64,000 nucleotides of DNA from Acidobacteriota bacterium (GTDB lineage: Bacteria > Acidobacteriota > UBA6911 > RPQK01 > JAJDTT01): the NCBI GenBank assembly GCA_965209055.1, contig OZ242374.1, positions 2,368,001-2,432,000 of the forward strand. Reading direction: 5' to 3'. Position numbers and translations under genes: made by a program. Positions 57,342-64,000 of this stretch are shown one piece after another (positions within the stretch are counted from its first letter, which is position 1; every line of letters starts with the position of its first letter). The notes under the pieces were generated by a model. The model ran no database searches. It saw only the letters and a program-made list of their open reading frames with translations, and was not told where the DNA came from.

Positions 57342-58421
57342 CTAACTTGTTTCCGGGGTGCCCGACAGCTCGGTCTTGAGCTCGTCGATGGCCGTCACCG
57401 GACTGGGATCCTCACCGTTGAGGAGTCCCAGATAGACGCTGGCGTAGTCGCCCAACAGAATCAGCATCAGCAAACGGTCCAGCCAACTGCCGCCTTCGGT
57501 CCGGACCTCCAGAGTGGTCCCGGAACGCCGGGAGAGGAACCTCCGGGTCCAATCCAATCGGAGCCGGATCCGAGGGTGGTCCTCCGAGTCCCTGAGGAAA
57601 ACAGGAAGTATACGCTCTAACAGGCCTGCCGGGTGTCTCCATCCCACGACCTCGTTGTGATTCATTTCGGGAAGGGCCTTCCAGCAGGCGAGCTGCTTGC
57701 CGTTTTCCGCGAACTGCCCGCACCACCGGCGGGCCACCAGTTCCAAACGGTCCTGGCTGCCGTAAACGAAGGGGACTCTCCCGCGGAGGGCTTGAGCGGC
57801 CTGCTTGGCCGGGTTCTCGGAGGACGGCTGATCGGGTCCGTACGCCCGGACCCGGTCCCGGACCCAATCGAGGCACCGCTCCAGTTCCCGGTCGCGGCTC
57901 GGAATCAGCGACAGGCGGCTCAGGATGGCCAGACAGGGGAACGACAAGTACCCCAGAGCCGATCGGGGAGGCTGCCCGCCGGGAATCCGGGCCCACGGGT
58001 GTCCATGCTCCCGGGCCAGGCGCGCCAGGGCGCCGCCCGAAGAGATGCAGACGATGGAGGATCCAGCAGCATGGGCCGCCTGGAAGGCCGACGCTGTCTC
58101 CTCCGTGTTGCCCGAATAGCTGCAGAGCAACGAAAGAGTCCGGGGACCGGTAAATCCCGGAGCGCCGTAGCTCCGGTTCACCCACAACGGGACCTTCAGT
58201 TCCCGGCCCAGATAGGCCTGCAGAAAGTCGCCGGCCGCCGCCGACCCACCCATTCCGCTGACCGTAACCGATCGAACCCCGCCGGGACACGCCGGTAAAT
58301 CGACTTGGTCTCCGATCTTCAGCGCCTGCTCCAGTTGACGGTCGAACCGTCCCAGGTAGCCGAGCATGTCCCGGGTGTCGCGGCGCCGGATCTCGCGCGA
58401 GTCGTCTAGGATCGGGTTCAT
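57342..58421 (-). CDS. Bifunctional phosphoglucose/phosphomannose isomerase
   Basis: Motifs SGMGGSA, SYSGNTEET, QPPRSA, QFAENGK and PEMNHNE. Alternative TTG start at 58460. Confidence 0.92.
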   Translation of the reverse strand: MNPILDDSREIRRRDTRDMLGYLGRFDRQLEQALKIGDQVDLPACPGGVRSVTVSGMGGSAAAGDFLQAYLGRELKVPLWVNRSYGAPGFTGPRTLSLLCSYSGNTEETASAFQAAHAAGSSIVCISSGGALARLAREHGHPWARIPGGQPPRSALGYLSFPCLAILSRLSLIPSRDRELERCLDWVRDRVRAYGPDQPSSENPAKQAAQALRGRVPFVYGSQDRLELVARRWCGQFAENGKQLACWKALPEMNHNEVVGWRHPAGLLERILPVFLRDSEDHPRIRLRLDWTRRFLSRRSGTTLEVRTEGGSWLDRLLMLILLGDYASVYLGLLNGEDPSPVTAIDELKTELSGTPETS

Positions 58422-58456
58422 CCCGGCCGGTCTCCTTGCCAAAGAGGCGTCGTTTC

Positions 58457-61162
58457 TCAACTGCCTTTCTGAACCGTTTCGGGAAAGTACCGGTTGGCAA
58501 AGGATCGGATGTGGCTGGGCGTCACGTTTCGGATCAACGAAACGTAACCCCGCGGCGGCCGGGAGTCGGTCTTGGAAAAAGCTCTCAAGGCCAATTGAAG
58601 GAGCCGGTTCTGCCGATCCTGGCGGAGAGCGTGATGGTGAGTGATGGCGCCCACGATGGCGCTCAGGATGTCGTTCCTGGAGAACTGGACCCTGGCGAGG
58701 CTGGAGAGCAACGTCAACAACTCGCGTCGAGCCTCCTTCTCCTGACCCTCGACGGATGACACCGAGGCGAACAGGGCGCCCCGGCTCAATGTCGACTGCA
58801 GTTGGAGATCCGGGTCGGACAGCGTGGGGCTTCCGGCAGGCACCAGGTCCCGGATTTGAGGACTCAGGAGAAGGTGTTTCCAGACGTCGGCGACGTAGGA
58901 GTCGCGGGTCCCGTAGGCGGGTCCGGGCAATCCCACCATCACCTCGCCCTCATGCTCCACGACGGCCGGTTCAAGGTCGGGTTGGTCCGGTTCCTCCTCG
59001 AGCTCCTCTTCCTCGTCTTTGCGGACCGCCCAGCGGCGCTGATACCGGCTGTTGGCCAGTCGGGAAATGAAATCGTCCAGGAAGGAGGTTCCCTCGATAT
59101 CTCCCAGGATGAAGATCCAGGGATGGACGCCCTGCATCCGAATCCGGAGCCATTCGTCCACGTTTTGCAGTTCCAGCCGTGAGACCGATTCCCACGACCC
59201 CAGCCGGTCCAGGCCATACGGATGAGACCCGTACAGGAGCGTGCGGGTTCTGCGAAGGGGCCGGGATCGTTGGTCATCCTGCCAGGTCCGGATCTCGGCA
59301 AGCAATTGTTGACGCTCCAGGATCAGGGACTGCTTGTCCAGCCCCGACTCCCGGTACCAATCGATCAGGAACTCCAGAAGCTCGGGAAGATGGCGGGACA
59401 GCGCGGTGCAACGGAGGCCGAAGAAGTCCGGTTCGTTGACCACCTGGATGTCGGTGCCCATGAGCTCCAGGTCGTACCAGCGGAGCTCTCCCTTTTCTTC
59501 CACCGCCTGCCGGAGCGTGCTTCGGACCATGAGCTCAGTGATCCCGGCGTTTGCAGCCGACTCGTGAATCCGGCCTCCGGGAAAGAACACACCCAGGTGA
59601 ACCAGAGGCGCCGTATGTTCTTCCTGGAAGTAGACCGAAGGTCCTCTCAGGATCGACGTGGACTTGAACTCGGGCCGCGAGAACCGCGGCTGGAAATGCA
59701 CTGGCGCGAAATCATCGCCCCGCGCCGACCTCAGGGGGGAATCCTGCTGCCGGAGGGTTGCCGGCGGCACCAGCAGGTCCAGCATCTCCTGGAACGAAGA
59801 CGCCGAGAATGTTCGTTTCTCCGCGGTCGCGGGGTAATACTCCAAGACCGCCAACCGGTCGGTCTTCAGGTACTTGGAAACCGCTTCCCGCACCCGGGCC
59901 GGAGTCATGGACTGGACCCGGTCGACGGTTTCCGGTCCCTGCCAGAAGCGGCCGGCCGCCTCCATCCTGGCCTGCCGGACTGCCCGCTGCAGAAGACTGT
60001 TCTGGTCCCGGTAGAAGTCCTTGACATAGAGAGCCTTGGCCCGGTTGAGGAGGCCCGGGGTGATCCCCTGCCGTTTGATGTCCTCCACGACGGCCAGAGT
60101 TTCGACTTCGATCCGGTCGACCCGGCCGGGGGAACCGGCCAGTGAGATCCGGAAGAGGCCCGACCCGGAATCGGCCTCAACGCGGGCCTGCGACCAGATC
60201 GCCGTTCCCGGTTGCACCAGCTTCTGGTGGAGCAAGGAGCTTTTCCCCTGACCCAGGAGGTACGCCAGCAGCAGGAGGGCTTCGTGATCGGGATGTGCGA
60301 GACCCGGAATGCTGTAGCCCAGCATGACGTGAGCCTGCTGCAGCTTTCCGGTCAGGTGGCGGTAGGTCAGACGCGTCACCGAGGGGCGCCAAGGCTTCTG
60401 TTCAGGTTTCTTCGCCCGCCGCCGGATCCGCTTCTTCCCCGCGGGACGGTTCCCATAAATGCGGGCCACGTGCTCCAACACCTGGCTCCGCAGCACCGCG
60501 CCGGAGACGGACAGAATCAGCCGGGAGGGGTGGTAGCGCTCCTGGTGCAGCCGGACCAACGACTCGCGGAGTTCCTCAGATTGGTTCGCCGGCGCCGCGC
60601 CGGGCAGCAGGCTCTCCAGCAACTTGGCCCGGGTAAACTCCCGGGGAGAGTGCTGGAGCATGCGGTCCTGCTCCTCCACCGCTGCCATGGCCCGCTCCAA
60701 CTCGAGTTCCGACGGAGCCGGCGGATCCAGCAGGTGGGCATGAGCCTTCAGCGCGTCTTCCAGATGGTCGGCGGGCGCCGTGGAGACAAACGACGGCCCC
60801 CTGAGTCCCTCTTCAGGTTCAGGCCTCAGTTGCGAGGCCGCCTCGAAACTCAGGGTCTTGAGCTCTTCGTTGGCCAACAAGAGCCGGGAGAGCAACCTCT
60901 CCCGGCGCCGGTCGCGTGGAGTCCCGTCAGACCCACGCAGATAGGTGACCACTGACGCCAGGGGAGCTGCGGGATGTTCTTCGATGAGCAGGGTCAGTCC
61001 GTTCCTGAAAACAACCCGAATCAGGTTCTGGCGGTCTTCCCGGTGAGCCAGGCTCCGCTCATATTCGGGCCGGGCGAGATCCCGGCGGCCCGACTGGCGT
61101 CCGGCCCCGGAAACGGGCAGGCTCAGGACCAGAAACGAGAGTCCGAAAACCGCCGCTCTCAT
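58457..61162 (-). CDS. Secreted M16 (pitrilysin/insulinase-like) protein, apparently non-catalytic
   Basis: Signal peptide and two M16 halves (FRNGLTLLIEEH..PLASV, YHPSRLILSVSG, GKSSLL, PLVHLGVFFPGG, HPYG). No HxxEH anywhere. Confidence 0.75.
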   Translation of the reverse strand: MRAAVFGLSFLVLSLPVSGAGRQSGRRDLARPEYERSLAHREDRQNLIRVVFRNGLTLLIEEHPAAPLASVVTYLRGSDGTPRDRRRERLLSRLLLANEELKTLSFEAASQLRPEPEEGLRGPSFVSTAPADHLEDALKAHAHLLDPPAPSELELERAMAAVEEQDRMLQHSPREFTRAKLLESLLPGAAPANQSEELRESLVRLHQERYHPSRLILSVSGAVLRSQVLEHVARIYGNRPAGKKRIRRRAKKPEQKPWRPSVTRLTYRHLTGKLQQAHVMLGYSIPGLAHPDHEALLLLAYLLGQGKSSLLHQKLVQPGTAIWSQARVEADSGSGLFRISLAGSPGRVDRIEVETLAVVEDIKRQGITPGLLNRAKALYVKDFYRDQNSLLQRAVRQARMEAAGRFWQGPETVDRVQSMTPARVREAVSKYLKTDRLAVLEYYPATAEKRTFSASSFQEMLDLLVPPATLRQQDSPLRSARGDDFAPVHFQPRFSRPEFKSTSILRGPSVYFQEEHTAPLVHLGVFFPGGRIHESAANAGITELMVRSTLRQAVEEKGELRWYDLELMGTDIQVVNEPDFFGLRCTALSRHLPELLEFLIDWYRESGLDKQSLILERQQLLAEIRTWQDDQRSRPLRRTRTLLYGSHPYGLDRLGSWESVSRLELQNVDEWLRIRMQGVHPWIFILGDIEGTSFLDDFISRLANSRYQRRWAVRKDEEEELEEEPDQPDLEPAVVEHEGEVMVGLPGPAYGTRDSYVADVWKHLLLSPQIRDLVPAGSPTLSDPDLQLQSTLSRGALFASVSSVEGQEKEARRELLTLLSSLARVQFSRNDILSAIVGAITHHHALRQDRQNRLLQLALRAFSKTDSRPPRGYVSLIRNVTPSHIRSFANRYFPETVQKGS

Positions 61163-61236
61163 GTTGAAATCGTAGCAATCGGGGGGTCCGAACTCAATTT
61201 GGAATTGGGCCGGGAACCCGGTAAATTAGAATTGTC

Positions 61237-61833
61237 ATGAAGGGGAAACCGCTGGAACAAGGGGATCTCATAGAGGGTCTCAAGAGCCGGGACACCAAGG
61301 TCATCGACACCTTCGTGGATCAGTTTTCCCGCCCTCTCTTCGGCGTCATCCTCAATTACACCAAGAACCCGTCCGACGCCGAGGAGATCCTCCAGGACAC
61401 GCTGCTCAGGGTCATCCGCAAGATCGACACTTTTCGGCAGCAGAGCGATATCTGGCCCTGGATGAAGAGGATCGCCGTAAACAACAGCATCATGTGGTTG
61501 CGCAAGCACCGGCGCTACCAGGAGATCCAATGGGACGACTGGATGCCCCGTTTCCGGGAGGATGGCGAGTTGGCCTACCCGATCTTCGGCTGGTCCGGGG
61601 ACCCGGAAGAGGTGTTTCTGAATCGGGAGCTGTCGGCGCAACTTTACGAGGCCATTCAGTCCTTGCCCTTCCAATATCGGGCGCCGCTGGTGCTCCGCGA
61701 TATCGACGGCTACCCAATTCGGCAGATCGCGTCCCTGTTGGGCCTCAAGGAGGCCACCACCAAGACCAGGATTCATCGAGCCCGCCTCTTCTTGCGGGAG
61801 AAGTTGGCTCGCTACCATGACGGGAGGACATGA
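61237..61833 (+). CDS. ECF RNA polymerase sigma factor
   Basis: Region 2 DAEEILQDT..WMKRIAVN and region 4 LP..YR..LVLRD..IA..LG....TTKTRIHRAR. Confidence 0.92.
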   Translation: MKGKPLEQGDLIEGLKSRDTKVIDTFVDQFSRPLFGVILNYTKNPSDAEEILQDTLLRVIRKIDTFRQQSDIWPWMKRIAVNNSIMWLRKHRRYQEIQWDDWMPRFREDGELAYPIFGWSGDPEEVFLNRELSAQLYEAIQSLPFQYRAPLVLRDIDGYPIRQIASLLGLKEATTKTRIHRARLFLREKLARYHDGRT

Positions 61834-62144
61834 ACTTCAGAAATCGGCGCACTGACCTGCTCACCTGCAAGGAGTGCATTCACCTGCTCTTGGACTACGC
61901 CGACGGCTCAATGGCCCCCGCAGTCCGGCGCAAGCTGGACGAACATCTGTCCGCCTGTCCGCCCTGCCAGCACTATCTCCGCAGCTATACTTCCTGTACG
62001 GAAATGGTTCAACAACTGCGAGACCAAGAGGCTCAGGTCCCGGCGGAACTCCAGGATCGGCTCAAGTCGTTTCTGAGGGAGCAGGTGAAGCTCCCATGGC
62101 CCGAGCCACGCCGCCGCCGGGCGAAGTGGTCCAAGAGAGTGTGA
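61830..62144 (+). CDS. zf-HC2 (ZAS) anti-sigma factor, soluble
   Basis: LTCKEC...YADG...EHLSACPPC (HxxxCxxC). ATGA overlap with the sigma gene and no TM segment. Confidence 0.88.
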   Translation: MNFRNRRTDLLTCKECIHLLLDYADGSMAPAVRRKLDEHLSACPPCQHYLRSYTSCTEMVQQLRDQEAQVPAELQDRLKSFLREQVKLPWPEPRRRRAKWSKRV

Positions 62145-62294
62145 TCTGACAGCCCGTGGCGGAAGTCGTCGCGGCATTCGACCGCATCCATGACGTGAGC
62201 TTGCGGCCACGGATCTCCATTTCTCTACGGAATGGTGTAGCCCCTGCCTTGCCGCCCTTGTCAACCCGGTTGCATTGGGGTCCACGACCTCGAG

Positions 62295-62924
62295 TCAGAA
62301 CAGGTTTTTCCGGGTCAACTCGATCCTCAAGTCGCGTCGAATGTAGATTTCGACGAACTCACGCAACCACACGTCTTTCGCAGCTGTGAACCGTTCCATC
62401 AGTTCTCGTTCGGGTCTGTCCGTGAGGTAAACGATTCGCCACCGGTTTAGAGGTCGGAATTCACCACCATCAACCGAGTGCTCAACGTGAAAGACAGGCT
62501 GTCCTGCGCCGGCTCGAAGCAAGTTCCCGTCGCTATCGAGGAGTTCGGCCGCCCCTATGAAAGTGGCCCTTTGCCGTGCCGGGTTGAGGAGGACCTGTTC
62601 CAGGACCAACCCGCGCTCTGATGGCTTGAGCCAGAGGCGTTGCCGCGAGCAGCGCACGAAGGATTCTGTTCCATCGGCCGCCGCCTGCCGCCGCCAATTG
62701 TGTGAACTGCCCTCCGATACGACGGAAGGAATATAGAGATCGGGTCGGAACGCCTTTTTCACCTCCATGTCCCACAGCATGGTTCGGGTGAACCTGAGCG
62801 GTTCGTTCGTGCGGTAGTTCCGGGCGAGCACCAGGTTGATGTCAACCGGGGTCAGCTCGATTCTTGTGTTGAGCGGGCCGTTCCACGCCCGCTCAAACTC
62901 TGCCTCATGATCCAGCTGATTCAA
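62295..62924 (-). CDS. Hypothetical protein (possibly START/SRPBCC, DUF1857-like)
   Basis: 209-aa ORF with a TTG start and GGAGG upstream. TRTMLWDMEVKKAFRPDLYIP loosely resembles DUF1857 N-termini; the family call is weak. Confidence 0.55.
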   Translation of the reverse strand: MNQLDHEAEFERAWNGPLNTRIELTPVDINLVLARNYRTNEPLRFTRTMLWDMEVKKAFRPDLYIPSVVSEGSSHNWRRQAAADGTESFVRCSRQRLWLKPSERGLVLEQVLLNPARQRATFIGAAELLDSDGNLLRAGAGQPVFHVEHSVDGGEFRPLNRWRIVYLTDRPERELMERFTAAKDVWLREFVEIYIRRDLRIELTRKNLF

Positions 62925-63125
62925 CGGCCTGGTCGCCTCCTCCCGAGGGTCGGCGTCTTTCTATTCGTCGGCTTCTCCGAGTGGCATCCCTCGCATCCCA
63001 AGACATTCTCTCCCGGCTCTTGTCCGGACTGCGCAGTACTTCCAGGCACCTGTTGAAACGGATGCGGCGTCACCAGCTTCAGGGCTGCCCGGCCCGCGTG
63101 CGGCGCCCCAACCTGCCGCAGTTTG

Positions 63126-64000
63126 TTAACCCACTGCAAAGGCTTGCATCGCCGGTACCAGGATCATGCTCAGCACGATCACGACAATCGACGTCAGGAC
63201 GGTGGCGACGAGGCCGACTCGGAACATCGTCCCGAATCCAACGGCGCCGAACGCGAAGGTCGCGGCCGCGGCCGGGCTGGACCAGGGAAATGCCACCGCC
63301 TGGGCCGTGCCCGCGATAATCCGGGCCAAAATCGTGGGGTTGTAGCCGAGAGCGTCCGCAATCGGAAAAAGAATCGTGGAAACCATGATCGAAGTTGCCG
63401 CTCCGCTGGCCAACTGGGTCAACAGTGGCGTGGCCAGGCCTGCAATCCAGGGCAATGCCCCCGCGGTGACGTGGCCCGTCAACCTGCCGGCGAGCCAATC
63501 GATGGCGCCCAGAGTGGTCAATACGTCCGCCAGTGCCATCCCTCCGAGCACCAGGAACAATACGTTCCATCCGACGCCTTGCTGAAAGTCGCTGGTTTCC
63601 AGCGTCATTTCACCACGCTTCGCGTCCACCGGCAGCACGAAGAGAAGCACCATGGCCACCGGGGGCACGTACCAGATCTCGAGAAACCCGATATCGGCGA
63701 CCGTGGGCAGGGTCCATAGCGCCAGCATCAGAATCAGCACGAAAAGAACGTTTTTTTCGCTTCGGCTCATAGGGCCCAGTTGTTCACGTTCCTTGAGAAA
63801 GCGGGAGTGGGCATTGGGGATGGCCTGCACCTCGAGAGGCAACATGACCTTCAGGATCAGATAGCAGACCGGGAAGTGGGCCACCGTCAGGATGACGCCG
63901 GTCGACATCCACTGTGCGAAGCTGACGCTGTAGCCGGTCAACTGCTCCAGCAGCGAAAGGGTCAGCGCATTGAAAACGATGCCTGTCGGAGTTGCCAGCG
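63126..64000 (-). CDS. SLC13/DASS family permease, 5' end outside the window
   Basis: The frame stays open to the window edge (LATPTGIVFNAL...). ISF-like VSFAQWM, LGPMSRSEK and VGWNVLFLVLGG, with many TM segments. Confidence 0.8.
   Translation of the reverse strand, partial: LATPTGIVFNALTLSLLEQLTGYSVSFAQWMSTGVILTVAHFPVCYLILKVMLPLEVQAIPNAHSRFLKEREQLGPMSRSEKNVLFVLILMLALWTLPTVADIGFLEIWYVPPVAMVLLFVLPVDAKRGEMTLETSDFQQGVGWNVLFLVLGGMALADVLTTLGAIDWLAGRLTGHVTAGALPWIAGLATPLLTQLASGAATSIMVSTILFPIADALGYNPTILARIIAGTAQAVAFPWSSPAAAATFAFGAVGFGTMFRVGLVATVLTSIVVIVLSMILVPAMQAFAVG

Noticed and set aside
1-64000. CRISPR arrays, tRNA/rRNA genes, prophage or integrase genes
   Set aside because: None was recognisable by eye. 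Intergenic spaces are short and lack regularly spaced repeats or tRNA signatures.

Overview
This is a GC-rich bacterial chromosome segment with about 50 densely packed protein-coding genes. The gene content (many Tat-signal enzymes, DUF1080, ThuA, PQQ-like propellers, Ser-type DapF) suggests Acidobacteriota or a Planctomycetota-like organism, but that is inference only. No rRNA, tRNA or CRISPR array is recognisable. Most genes are catabolic: four Gfo/Idh/MocA oxidoreductases, four enolase-superfamily enzymes, three paralogous secreted glycosidase-like beta-propeller proteins, a GHL10-like protein, a doubled UxaA/GarD-type dehydratase, three M20 peptidases, creatininase- and nitrilase-like hydrolases, and transporters. 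Housekeeping genes include lon, amt, dapF, PMM/PGM, PGI/PMI and an ECF sigma/anti-sigma pair. Accessory elements are an intact IS5 (18-bp terminal inverted repeats, CTAA target duplication), a HipBA-like module, a DUF2283 toxin-antitoxin-like pair and two AAA-DUF4143 genes. The best leads are: (1) a ThDP enzyme next to an EhpF-like adenylating enzyme and an EhpG/LuxC-like reductase, with no phenazine genes nearby; (2) a DapF with both catalytic Cys replaced by Ser; (3) a Tat-exported oxidation/elimination sugar-processing cluster that includes exported enolases; (4) a UxaA-like pseudo-dimer with complementary motif loss; (5) a structured 5' leader upstream of a YugP-like peptidase; (6) palindromic operator candidates upstream of both AAA-DUF4143 genes. 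All family calls come from motif recognition by eye; no database searches were run.
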